Below are positions 23,679 through 38,100 of a stretch of DNA of 64,000 bases, piece by piece (positions within the stretch are counted from its first letter, which is position 1; the number at the start of each line of letters is the position of its first letter). The notes beneath the pieces were generated by a model. The model did no database searches. It was not told the origin of the DNA and saw only the letters and a list, made by a program, of their open reading frames with translations. The position numbers were made by a program, and so were the translations under genes. The DNA is from Phoronis australis (taxonomy: Eukaryota; Animalia; Phoronida): NCBI GenBank assembly GCA_002633005.1, contig NMRA01000300.1, positions 415,992 to 479,991 of the forward strand, in the 5' to 3' direction.

Positions 23679-26143
23679 TACTCAAGTTGAATGGCAAATG
23701 GTAACACATTGGAACTAAGGGAATTGACAAGCGTCTCTGAAAAAACGAGAGAGCACAGCTTTCTCGAGCAGATGTGTCATATACCCGAAACACTTCCGGT
23801 TTGAAGAATTGTTACGATTATAAGTTCGTTTTTATTAAAATCGATTAAAATTGGTTCAATCTACACTGTTTGTTGTACGTAATATGTATCACTTATAAAT
23901 GAAGGTGGTGAGCTTCGTTTGTACTTGAATAATTCATAAGCCTGTATACACTGCTTGATGTCTTCTCCTTATTTCGAGCAATGAACACTACGTAAAACAA
24001 GTCAATACCTTCAGTGTAAAACAGCAAACAGCCAATTGTTAAATGATTCTCAGGTGTTTGATTCCCACTCTCAGGTTATCTCATAAGGTACATATAAGCT
24101 TGCACAGAAATTTAAGAACAGCCACAAAAATGCGATGACTTCACAGTCGGACGTGTGAGGGTCTCATCCAATTTCTTTGAAAAAAGGTTGTGTATCGTGT
24201 AAATATACCCCTTTTAGACTTTTCTAAACAGCACGATGTTGCCAGGTTGTGATACTCACAACGCGCGTTTGTGATATTAGTCCAATTTTGAGTTGACGAG
24301 CGTTCGCCGTGAACTTTAAAGTTAAAACCGTCTTTCGCCCTGTTTAGATGGATAACAAGCGAACATCGAATTAAACGTTGTACTCACATGAAATCAGTCG
24401 CATAATAGTCGCTATTGTTACCAACAAGAACATCAAAACTATTAGCGACTCAAAGAAAACGCGTTCCGAGTTTATTGGGGTTAGTCAACCCTAAAATTGT
24501 GAATCCGGAAATGACGCATATACGCTTCGGTTGTGACTTGGATTAGCAACGGAAATGGAATCCTACAAAGTAAAAGAATACTATGAAACCCATTATATGA
24601 GAGTAAAACGTCTCATTCAATATTCGTTTTCTAGCCTGCTGAGAGGGCGACTACAACTTTAACTGTCATCGCGGTACAATAGTCGCTTCACGTATCCACA
24701 AAAACAAACTTTATCCCCCGACTACAAGTCTACTTTTCAACTGAGGTTATTTTTGACGTTTCACTTTAAAGTTTCGCTGTTCCAATCCTGTGGGTACCAT
24801 CGGTTTGAGATTCTAAAGGTTATTTAATTCTGGCACAGCGCACCTGACCACTTTGGATATAACCTTTCTGTAATCGTTTTCTTGTTTAATCACCGAACCA
24901 CTGAAATAGTATCGAAACATCACAATTGGACAATACGAAAGTTGTTACCCGTAAAGCGTGCTGCCATGTTTAATAGCAGCTCATCACGTGGTTTTAACAT
25001 GCACACACCTTAGACTGGATTCACTAATTTCGGTCACGTGGGAGGCAAGGTAGGATCGATTAGGCTAGTTCCTTATGCAATCGCCAATTAACTAATCCAT
25101 TCCTGGCGGTCAGGCTGGGGGCGAAATGGCAACGGATTCTGGATCTTTGCATCGATAGCAATTCTTGGACCCCAATATATTTATTGTAACAATTGCGATC
25201 CCCCGTAAATACCAGACGCCAGAAGAAATATCTCATGTTCAGGAATGTATCTCATCTTCGAGTCCCACTCGTGTTTTTGTTTCAGCTTTCCACTGTTATT
25301 TTTATGGCTTGGATTCTCCGTCTCCCACGGTATGTTATATATTCATGTTCATTGATCAATATGACGCACACCTCTGCCTTATTTAACACAGATTTTTAAT
25401 TGTAAATTAATTTAAATTTGTTCTCAAAATGAATGGATTAATATTATTACTTAAATGTTTTCTCTCCAAATCTCCCCAAGCTCGTTAGGCATTTTATTCT
25501 GATTGCGCTTTCTTGGTTGTATGCAGTGACCGCTTTTAATAGAAAAAATTAGCGTTGTGATTTAATTTGCAAAAGGAGCCTTCGGTCTGCTAGGTCTACT
25601 GGGGGTTTACATTTCCATATGAGTCAAACGGAACCAAGGCATGGTCTGAGAAGCAGTCATACCCTTGCAATACAAATTACACATTCATTAAATGTGGAAT
25701 ATTAATGGTGTTTTCCTTTATACTTATTTGGGATTGTTTTTTCTGTCGTGTTTATTCAGGACGTAATCACGCAACATTCTCACGAGATTTCGACATATTT
25801 CAGACCTTGAGCACGTATATATTGGTAGATCTAGTGTGGAAATGTTCCTGAATTTTCCATTAGTTATTGTGATATACTTAGTGTGGAATGTCCGCTACGA
25901 CGAGGAACCTTCATTTTGCTTATGTGCAACACTGAATAGTGGTAGAATGGAAATCCCTTAGACGGATTGACCAGAGAATGTCAATTAAATTTACCACAAA
26001 GCAAGTTGGGATTAAGGCAGTACTCGGGTATGCGCTGAGCGTACAAAAAGAAGATAATTTCATCGTTCGCGTTGGATTATTAAGTGTTAGACGAAACAAA
26101 TTTGGTTAAAAACAGAGACTGGATTCAACGTGATGAGGAAAGG

Positions 26144-29100
26144 ATGTTTTGCCTGTCTATTTTTGTCGCCTTTCTTCTTTACTCGGATACAAGAACCAAG
26201 GCACAATTATTTCCTGGTAGGTTCTCAAAGTATTTCTCTCGTTTATGTTCACTGTCTCTCACCCCCCCCCCCCAAGCCAACCTTCCCTCCCTTTCATACC
26301 TTCCGCCCCGGCGCCGCCCCATTCCCCCCCGACCCTCTCTTTCCCTCTTCTCTTACTGATGTAATGAAGCATGAGTTTCTTATATTTTGTAAAGTTGTAA
26401 GTATTAACCTATTGTCATCCAAATGTATTGGTTTAATGAAAATAGCAAATCTGAAAGTAATTGGTCTGAAAGTACAAATTTTTGCAAAAAAAAAATATCA
26501 ATTTAGATTCAAAATAAATTAAAGATAATCTTTGAGTGCCAGGCTGTTGACAAATCAGGGGAAAATACAGAAAAAGTGAGATACGGCGAGATACATTAGA
26601 TTAAAATCATTATAGGTATCCATGATGGGAAATAACTAGAATGTCTATTTTCTCAATAAAATACGAATTTAATGGAGTACAACAGCATGTAACGTCCAGA
26701 CAATCAATAACGTCAGAATTGATGAAAAGTCACACAATAGCTTTGACCTGAAGCGGAAAATCAAAGTTTGGCAAGCTTTTTTATGAAGGATGCTAGATAA
26801 CGTGATAATGGAAAAAGTGTATCCAGAAAATTCTCAAGATTAACTTTTCCTTTGCGGAAGCGTTGCCAAGAAAATGATTTTTATGAAACTTGGAGTTTTC
26901 GTGAGCCATCAAATGTGCGCATGAGACTGCCAGAAGTGACTTCTGTGACCTACCGACCGAGGTCAAGCAGTACTTTGTTGACAAGTTTATGTATCTAGCC
27001 AGAGCCTTTGTATGAGTGTTAGTCAAATTAAGATTATTTGTCCAACATAACCATAGGGTGGATCAAAGTATTGACACTCGCAAATGAAGACTTCTTTAAT
27101 AATTTGAAGTACAAGTTTAACGATAAAACTGTAACAGACTACCACGGGAATTTAATATAATGCACTTTCATTAATGCGCCTGTGTTTTGAAAATCTCTTG
27201 GGGGCCCCAAACCCCCAACAGGATATCTCCACTCCCATAAGTTTTCATGCACCGGAAGTCCACTTACCAGCATTTGTGCGCATGCCTACTGGAATTTATA
27301 TTTCTCACTGGAAAACACCACTTTTAAAGATAACCTTGCAGCTCAACTTTAACACGCAGAGAACTCGTTGCCATGGTAGAGATGACTCGTCATGAAAGGT
27401 GCATGACTTGCTGATTTACGTACTGTAAATTTGCTTCAACGAAAACGGACCAACTGTCCTGATTTATAAATGGACCAACAGTCCTGATTTATAATTGGAC
27501 CAACAGTCCTGATTTATAAATGGACCAACAGCCCTGATTTATAAATGGACCAGCGGTCCTGATATATAAATGACTGTGCCACTTACAAACAAGTGTTACA
27601 AAGTAAGTTAACGCTGTCTGAAATTCGGTAAAGCGACGTTATTATTTTCCCAAACAGCAAATTAATCTTTCTCAACCTGAAGTAATCACTAGCGGATCTA
27701 GATTTTCGCAAGGAGGGGAGGGGTTGTGGAGGTGAGGTGCAGAGCAATTTTCGAAGGAAAAATGTTCGCGTCCAGTCGGAGTACCATGAATCCGTCGATT
27801 GGCAACGTTTTACGAAGCTTGTGTGTCGGGCAAATTTATATCATCTGCCCACAAACAACAGGTACGCCTCTGATAACTAAAAGTAAGTCCATGATGCGAT
27901 TATCAACCTTAAAAACCAGCTTCCTCGCATTAAGACACTGCTTGTGAACATTTCAAGGTTGTGAATGAACGAATTTGCATCGCAAATACACTAAAGAGTC
28001 CCTTACTGTCGCTTGTTTGAAAGTTTCACCTTGAGAATTATTAAGCGGAAAATTGGTTAAGGGTATGTAGGGCCTTCGAAAAATGGACAAATTTGACAAA
28101 TTTTACAAATTTCAGAACATCATATCTCAGGAATAGCTGGTCATATTGATATGAAACTTTCCAATACAATGTTTTATGCTCTGTTTTCCAAAATGCTTTT
28201 AAGAATTGCTTTAATTTATAATTTTCCACTCTTGCATGAGGGACTATGGGTTTTATGATCTCCATGAATATACTCAAAAGTTGGACATGAAAACGATAAC
28301 AAAACGATAATTGTGAAAACTGTAATAGCATCTTTGAGATTTCATCTTAAACATTTATATCTAATGAAATTTAGTAATGTTGTTGATATCGTTGTTGTGC
28401 TATGGATGTCCCTTTGTTTGTTTTCGCTAAATTGTACGAAAAAGACAACGTAAACCAATTCATAGCATATTGATTTAAGCCCAAAATCAAATTCTACACG
28501 CTTTCTACTTTAAGAAAATGCATACATGTACTTTTACTGAGTTGTGTAGATATTGGCCTTTATACACCGACAAGTCGTTTGGTTCGACATAACTTTAAGT
28601 AAAACCAATGTTTGTGATTAGACATAAAGGTCACGCAAGTCAACGTTTGTGTTTAGGGGTAAAACTAGGCGTTTGTGTTTAGACTTAAGTAAAACTCAAC
28701 GTTTGTGATGAGACGTAAATCTCAGGCAAATTTTCAAACGTTTAATTAGCGCTAAGATTTTTCAACAAAATCGTTAAGTAATGACAAAAGAGTCAGTTCA
28801 TTTGCATAACACTTCTCTGTGAATCATTTTATATCCGTTTGACCGGCGACGCGTTTTCGCTTATTTGAACAGGTTGCGAAGACCAAGAAAGCCAAATACG
28901 CGTAAATTTATTCTTAATGACCTAGAAGAGATTTTGTTCGATGTCGCTGAACCTAAAACTCGTCACTCTGTTCTTTAGTGCGGTCAAGTGCGGTCCACGT
29001 GATCTCGAACTGAAACACTTCACGGGTTTAGCTACAGCATATGAGAGAAGGTTGAAACACGCGCAAACAGAAAGAAAATTTGACCAGGAAACTATACACT

Positions 29101-32100
29101 GAACGTTTCTTAAGAACTATAATCAAGACTGAGCGATTTTCCTGCTGCGTTAGTTGGTTCATACAATGTTAAGTTAATTTATCGGCAATGCCGCCTTGTT
29201 GTTTTTCGCTCCACCTGGCGTTCTTCATCAGTTCATGTGTAGAAAACAACTGCTTTGGCATTTTAGATATATGGGCACTGAAGATTATGAGTGAAGTGTG
29301 TGAGTGTGATTTCAATTAAAGATAGTCAAAGTTCCATACATAGCCTTATCTCGTTACATAAAGAATCATTAATGCCGGTTATGATCTCAAACTACTCCTA
29401 AATTCTATCGAATTACTGGAGAATACGTGTTCTTATTCGTATTCTCCTCATTAATGTCTACAACGTCTTATGACAATTTAAGGCAAAGACAGGTTTACTG
29501 CCCTTCAGTATAAACATATGAGCTTGTATGCAACTCTCAGCCAACAGATTAAAAAGACTGCACTACAGACGGACATGCGGGATAAAAAGAGAGACGAAGA
29601 CCCAATTTACTTAAGATCAAATCCCATTTCGATTACTTGATAATTTTGCACTAATAATTCATATTAATTGCTCCACCTTGTTTCATAATGAGCCAGAACA
29701 CATCTTCTTATTTCCGTCAATATCCCACAGCCTCAAGACAGTGTTACGGCTCAGCTAAGTAACTTACGGTAGTCGATTTAATCCAGTTACAAGCGATAGT
29801 CAATAAGAATTAACTAGCGTCACCGCTAGCCATAAGCTGTATCGATTGTCTGATATCAGAAAAGCAAAGGTACAAATGCTTCTTCTTCCGCCATTCATGC
29901 AGATGCTCGTGCAAACGGTCTGACGAGCTGCAATAGAGACGCCGGTGTTTCATCTCTTCGGTTTTTTATGTTTGCTCTAAATACAACTAGCAATTGCATG
30001 TACGTGAATAGTGAAATTAACCGGACTTACATGTAGATATGTACCAGTTCCTGAGGCATCATTTATTCAGTTGATCAGACCCGCTATACTCTGATTACAA
30101 GTTTAACTTTAAGCATGACATAGACACGCTAGAGCGTAAACAAGAAAAGTCGACTTTGACGCACATCCACATCCGAGCGCTCTACTTTGATTTCTCGTCT
30201 TTTGTCAACTTATCTTCCTACGATTATTTTCAGGCCGCAAAAGTGACACACTGCTACCGGGCTCCATTTGAATGTGTTACACTACCGCGCTATATGTAAA
30301 ACTTAGCGCCCTACTGATAGAAAGGCGCACATTGACAGGAACACTAATTTTATGATTTTTGAAATCCCTCTAATCAAGTTCTTTGAAGTATTACATATTC
30401 CAGGAGTCGGTTCGTAAACGAGAAATCTTCGTTGTTGAAACGAAAACGGTGAATCCCCCCTCCCCCTCTCCATAATTCAACATTCCAGTTTTACTCGCCA
30501 ATCATTTCTTTGGCCACCACTTTGTGGCCTTTTTCCTTGTCTACGCTGAAAAGATCTCGAGTTTAAACCGAACAGCGCTAGCAATGCTTGTACTCATGTT
30601 ATTTTGCATGGCCTCAAGTTGCGGTTTCTCGCTTTTCTCAAAGTTGATCTATGGAACTCGTACTGGTTTTATCATGAAATCAAATCACCAACTATTAGTT
30701 TCATTTTGCCTTGAAAACGAATTTTGGTTGCCATAACAACATTTCGTCTCAGTATATTCGCTAAATAAGGAGGATGTTTGTATACGTGTTCATCTTCCTA
30801 TTTAGCTAGCAGGCGCGTTGTCTAATGGCATTACTAACCGTGCACGATTCTTTTTTATTGTTTTCTGACTTGTGTTCACGTCACAGTTTCTACACTAATG
30901 CAGACAAGACCCGGATGTTATATTTTTACACGAAATTGAACTCGAAATTACTTCTGACATTCCTATTCTACTTTTGTGCATTCTCACTTAAGAGCGTATT
31001 ATTCTGTACTCGTCTGCATAATGGATACGCGGACAACTGAATAATCCTTGTTTGCACTTGACGACCCCAACATTAAGGCTACAAGTTTGAGTCTGAACTC
31101 GATGTTTCGATTATCGAGTGTTTAGCTAGAATCCAAGGGTCATCAAGTGCGATCTTGGACTAGAAACTCATGTGGATAAATCATCATGTACTTCAGCACA
31201 GACTAACGGCCACTTGGCTGGAGTTTGCACTAAGTAGAACGGATAGTCGGTTGGAGTGGTTAGTCAAAGGACCTTGTCTGACTTGATGACGTGGAAAGCC
31301 GAGCATCTATGGGTCTGCCCCGAGTTTGACGACGCTGGTTCTGTACCCAAGTAATACCCAAGAACGGAAAATACCAAGCAATTATAGTTTCGAGTTCGAT
31401 TTCCAGTACAAAGATTAGAGCCCGGTCCTACTGTAGAATGTTAAGTTAGTCATTTCTTTTGTATTTTAAGACTAGATAAAACCCCTTGGCTGCCACAAAA
31501 CAATAAAACAGCAAGAGCGTAGGGAAATGTTGAGTTTATTAATTAACCCCGGTAATTAACATTATACGGCTGAAACAAGATTTAAATATGTGCAGTTTTA
31601 GTGCGTTTGGGGGGAAGGGCTCAGATCCAATTTCAAGGGTCAAATTCTCTCTTTGTCAAACCTTAACTTAAGATGATTTCCAAAGCAATCGCGTCATTAA
31701 TCCCAACACAAAAAACGGATTTGGTCTTTTGGGCAATTGAAGACTATTCTAAATACATCAAATTTGTTACGAACTGATTGCACAAAAAATAAAAAGTGTA
31801 ATAAGCATTTCAAACAGAAGTAGGTTTCGCTCGCAAACGCTGGGGACCATAAACAAGTAGGTCTCTCAGAATCAAATTACGGGTGAAATTGTGGTGGTGC
31901 AGCGGTAAAGCGTGCTCTATCCGCCAGGTCGTGAGGAGTCTGTGGTTTCAACAGTTTTTTAAGTTTGATACGTTCTCCGATTTGTTTTTCTTGAATAATA
32001 CTTCAGGAACCAAGGAAAATGCTTGATTTTTAGAGGAAAAAATAGAAAAATTTTCCTGGAGGGAGAAGAGCAAACCCACCTCCCGACCTCCCCCATTGGG

Positions 32101-35100
32101 TGCTGTGCGCATCTACAATTGTGCTTTGCGCAAATGTCTACAGACAAAATGTTGGGCCCCCCTTGTGATATCCTAGATCCGCCACTGAAACTACTACTCA
32201 GTATATAACCAGAGAACAGATGCACTCTTTCGTTAAATATACAAAAATCTGTATTTATATACTTAAACTAATTCTAGTCAGAAACAATTAGGAAACCCTT
32301 CTCAAAACAGCTCAACCGTGAATCATCATTCATCCTTGTGCGACAGTGAGTGAACAGAAAGGCGTGTGTTAACGCTTGTCTCGCAAATGTGTTATAACGT
32401 GAGTCGGTAGTTAACCGTTCAGAGATAAAAGGACTGTGTGGTCTCTTACCGCTCAAAATAACTCAACCAAATCTTGAATTTTCAGCTAACGCCTCGGAAC
32501 GCTGGTCAGAATGGTGGAGTTACGAAGGGATTGCAGGTGAGAGGGAAGGAGAAGGCAATTGTTCGTCAAGTCTGTCCTAACTGCTTTGTCCATGAACAAG
32601 ATTTGTTTGTTAAATCAAATATTCTGGTGTTTCTATTATTTATGAGTCTGCACTACATTACATACAACAACCCTCAAGTTAATTTCCCGAAAACAACAAA
32701 ATAGGTAATCGATTTTCTTATTAATGTATTAACAACGCAAGTTTGTTCGTAATGTAAAGAGTTTCCAGTAATCATCAACGGTAAAATAAATCTTCAAGTT
32801 CCATAATTGTCTCAAAATAACTCCAACCAGCCACAACTCGACAACGTCTGGTTACATTCGGTAGGGGGTGGGGAGGGGACGCACAATGTAAGCAGTTGGC
32901 CAGTGACAATGTTGTGGGTGACACCAGTTTTTACTAATCTATTAAACGCAGCTTTCACAAGAGATCCAATTTGTAGGCAAACTGCGAGGACATCTGATCC
33001 GCTGTGAGCTGAATGGCATTGAGTTTCTTGTTAGCTTTGAAATCACGGCAACCATGGCAACCATGCTTTAGTTTGGCAACTGCATTTCCCATCCGGACTT
33101 TGTTCACCGGAGATGGCGCATTTTAGGCACGCGTGGAGTTTAAGAGGCGCGGGTATGGGATTTGTGCAGCTGGTTAGGTGCCTGCTTGTTCTTCAGTGGT
33201 TAATGTTACATCATTGTCGACAAAATCTTTTTCTCAGGATTAGCCTAAGTGCAGACTCGAAACCAATATTCCCGCGTCGATGCCAAACGTGCTCTACTAG
33301 CTTGGATTTGATAACACCAATTGTCTATCAGACAAAGGCAAGACTTTGTAATAAGCAATGAAATCACAAATTCCTGTTCAGCAATAATCACAACTATCCA
33401 ATCTCGTCCTTAAACGCGACCTATCACGATATATCACGATGATGTCCTTTTAAGAGGCTTGTAGTTTTGAGACAGGGCCACTGAGGGGTTTCCATCCCCT
33501 GCTCCCGCAGACAAAAAGTGACAGTTCACGCAGTCACGACTGCGACTAAAAGTTGGTAAAATTGCTGGGATAGGCTAATGAAATAACTGGAAGTCACCCG
33601 TGGCCTTCAAGCGGAGTACAAAGCTAAAAATTCAGCTAATCTGGCAGTCAATAATTTCTACTCAAATGAACCAATAGGATATATTTGCAATGAAACTCAC
33701 TAATGATGTGATAGCTGAGAAGAAATTTCCATTTTTATCTAATTTCAAATCTCGGCGGCCATCAGAAAAGTATAAGAAGTTGAATTACAATTACTATTAT
33801 TCACGGACATAGATTTCGATTTTTAAATCCCAGACTCAAAAACTGGATTCCATGAGAAACTTGTCCCTGACATCAATTTTTGTCAATGCGCTTCACAAGT
33901 GAATATGAAAAGTTTCGCTCTGATAATCCGGAAATGGCGTGAGAGTTGACGTACGATGTAACAACATTTATCCGCATGCAACTTCCGGTAGACAGGTCCC
34001 CCGACTTTGCTTCCTCTTCATGCGTAGCTCGGTAACCTTGGTGTAACATCGATTGTAATGTCGTCCTGTCTTCAATTTCATTGACGGCAAGAAGGATTGC
34101 GGGAGTACTTGTTCGAATTGAAAAGATTTAAAGACTCCAACTGAACCAAAGGTGTCCAACTACACCATTTAGATAAATTTAATACTAATGCATATTTGAT
34201 ACGTTAGTCAATGTTAAGCGTAATTTGCAGAAAAACTTCCGACTTACTAGCTTGATTACTATTAGGGGTCATCTAACTTCCGGTAAAAGTGAGCGGAGTT
34301 CAATAGATGTTGTTCGGTTTGTTGTTTTTACTGCAGTTCGTAGGAACAGATTGTAATGAATCAATAACATTGACCCATTACTCCGAAGACTGTCTTTACT
34401 CTGAAGTGTCGTTATTTTGCGCACGTTTGTACTTTTTACAGAGCTGCCAACATTGCAATTGATCTCTGTAAGGAGACTGTTTGCAACACTGTTCAAAAGG
34501 TGGCGCTCATTTGTCCTCGGTGCACTCGAGCCAGAGGCGTAGTTTGGTGTCACTTTCGTAGTAACGGTCCTTCAGAGGGTTGGCCCCCGTCGGAGTAAGA
34601 GCACAATACGTCGTGTACATATATTGCGTTTTCACTACGGAGAATCGATACCACGAAAACAAAATCTTTGGAGTATAACGACCCCCTTCTGAGTAATGTA
34701 CTCACTTACCTCGACAAGTATTCCCTGAAACCTCTATAAACCACGTGCTTTCAGAAACTCTAGTGCAAGAATAAGTGCGGATCTAGCCGTTAATTCCAAT
34801 AACCCAATACGCAATTAAGGGAAGTACAATATTTGGTTCATTGTTAAAGTCAATGTAAACGATTAATACCTGAAAAACGTTACAGCAAATTCACCTTAAA
34901 TTCACCGAAGTGCTTGATGAAAGACTGGAAAGACTAGGGCGGCAAAGCGAAATTTCCCTTGTCATGAATGTGTGAATATTTAATTAGTCGTTTGGTTAAT
35001 CTCTGTATCTCCTTTAACTAGAATGGCTGCACTTGATTCACTCCGGCAGTTCAACAAGTCTCGATGACGATTCCGGCTTGCAAACCAATCGGATGTCTTA

Positions 35101-38100
35101 GGTTGACCCGAATGAAACGGCGGAATGAATCAACTGCAGGCAAAGCGTGGACATTATATACATTTACCGTATCTGAATGTTATGTTTGTTTCAAATCTCA
35201 CCGTTAGATGTCACTCTACTCGGGCGAAACTACATACAACGTGCGAGAGATGTTTGCCATGTTGGCAAGGCACATGGCACTAATTATTCCCAACTGAAAT
35301 TTTGTACCTTCCACGAAATCGAAATGAACAAAACCGGAGTCCAATGATGCCGTCTGTGGCGCCACTAGTCATCTGATGCATTAATAAATTGTCTCGTTTT
35401 GAAAAACTTAAATCCACGATTCCGATAAGTCCCCTTTCCGAAGTTCAAAAACTTCTGCAGCTTAAAAACTATGGCATTTTGGATAGGTTAGTCAAAAATA
35501 GCACAGGTGAGCCATGCTTCACATGGTACAAACGTGGAGAATAACAAGATTAATATGCTTGGGGCCTATTTCATGTAAAGTGGACATTCTGACTTGTAAT
35601 TCGGCCGTGTTTCATCTACGGCGCTGATGTCGTTTTCAAATGCATTGTGGGACGCCTGGCAGCTCGTAAACATCCGGTGACTTCACTGAACACTTGGGAA
35701 CGTGTTTTGATATATACCTTAAGGATATTTGTCTTACGGTGAGTAAACATGATTTTAAGGCAAATAATTGAAATGGAAGTGGTTCAAGGTGGCTCACTGC
35801 TACAAAAAGATGGCTTCGGCAGCTGGAAATGTGTAAGGTGCCTTTTACTTACTTTTACGACGTGAAAATTGACAACAGAACATTAAATTTCATGAAATTG
35901 TCCCAAGTTGTCCTTGTCAAGGTAACTATCGATTTCTGCCCTCAAAAGTCATTGAATGGTCACTCACCATTGACTGGCAACGTGTTACTTTATGAAACCG
36001 TAAACCCGCAATGTCGTAAAACCTATGTACACCAAAAAAACACGAAAAACCTACGTGTATAGATAATACCCATTCCTTCAATTTCTTGGAAATTACGGTC
36101 TAAAACAAAAGATACACGCACCTTTGTAGTAGTTTATCCTATGGATAACTAAAACAGGAACATTTCGTATATAAGTCGTATACATGGATTATCATCCCGC
36201 CTGTCAATCATGAGCGGAGTTCAATGTCAATCAACCACGGCCGATGATGTAAGTCTAGAAAATAAAGTTATGTTAAATGCTGCAGCTTCAAAATACCGTC
36301 ATACGAGTTCAACTTATTTCACCTTTTGTGTTTGACCTCGTGTAATTAGTTTAAAACAAAAATTAGCGAGGATTTTTCTCGAAATTAAGCTTTTACTAAA
36401 ATGAAACTGAAGGTATCTTAAGAATGATGGTGACATCAGTGCAGTTAATGTATGCCGTAAGGTATTACGTGTTCTCCATAAATAGAAACACAGGATTTCA
36501 CCCAGGAATATCAAAGCGGTTCATCGAATTCAACTGTTGTGTTGCATAATATCATACTGTATTTGATCTCACGTGGTCTTCATTTTAGGTCCATCGTATT
36601 GGGGTTCTGTGAATCCAGAGTGGGAGTCATGCGCGCTTGGAAAAAAACAGTCCCCAGTCGACATCAACCCTAAGCTGCTTTTGTTTGACCCAAATTTGAA
36701 ACACGTCAACTTGGAAAAACATGCGGTTAGTACGGTTTGAACTAACGCGTAACTACAGCGTAGACCTTGTCTACTTAGTGAACTGAGAATCCAGATTTCT
36801 TTAACTTTGGAGCATCATACCTCATAAATGACCTGTCGAAGTCATGTAACATTAACTGATACTACACTTCGTCCGAACCACTATTACAGATTGCTATTAA
36901 AATGTAGTTCCATTTTGCAGGAGAAAACTTCAAAATAGGAATTTCATGGAAAACTGAAAACTTGCATTTCATTTTGAGCATTTCTATCAAATGAAATTTG
37001 ACCACTCTAATGAAACCGTTGTTTTGCTATCACGCTGTCTTCCTTTTTGTGCATTTTATTAACAAATATTGCCACGTGTCCCAATCAATGTCTGAGAGTA
37101 GTAAAATGTCAGAAAAAAGTTCTACAGGCGTTCTGCTTTGGAATATGTGAATTTTCTGAATTAAAATCTACAGTTTATAAAAAAACTTGGCTGGATACAC
37201 CTGACAGTGTTGTTTGCAACTTGTAAAGTTTTTTTCAAAAAACCTTGAAATTCCGTATTTTCGATTGCACCTTCGGTACCGCGACGTCATTTTAGCTAGG
37301 ATTCTTAACTAAACGAAAAATGATAGCAATATAGAAGACACCGCAACATGACATTTTATACGACGGTTGACACCAAAAGTTTTAGCATTGTCATTGGGAA
37401 ACTGTACTTGTGAGCCGATGTGTCGCAGATCAAATGTCTCACTCCATAGTTATGCCATTCCAATATCCAGGTTAACGGTTGGCTTGTAAACACTGGCCGA
37501 GACGTATCATTCAACATTGACAGCACGTTCAAACTTCGACTTTTCGGCGGACCACTGTCTTATAAATACGCGGTAACCAATGGGACTATTCATTTTGGCA
37601 GCAAAAATGATAAGGGCTCAGAGCACACTATCAACGGAGAGCACTTCGCGGCAGAGGTAAGGGGCCGAGAGATAGTCCTCTTCACGGTCTATGGGTGTTA
37701 TGTGAGGCGTGAGCATTTATTTCACAAAATTACAGCGTGCTAGTTTTGCTATGGAAGGGCGATTCTGGGAATTTACTTGTTGCACCTTGTGTATGGTAAT
37801 ATGAAATCTTGAATACTTTAAAAAAGCGACGACTGTCATTTGCGTAGATTTTCAAGCTCCCAATCATGTTCCCGTGAAATATTCGATTTATCATCCCCAG
37901 GTTCTCAAGGATAGCTACATTGCTGGATTGTGATCACCAAACTTTACAAAAGACTGGACTCGAACATTGACCAACTACAAATCATGCTTCGAATGATGAT
38001 TGGTCAGTTTCCGAGTCGAGTTCCGAGTGAATCTTGGTGGTGACGGGGCCTCAATCAAAGCTGGCACGTCTTGAAACGCACCTTCGATACAACATGTTGT

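Noticed and set aside
27447-27571. CRISPR-like array of palindromic repeats
   Set aside because: Units are head-to-tail with no unique spacers, there are no cas genes, and it lies in a eukaryotic intron.
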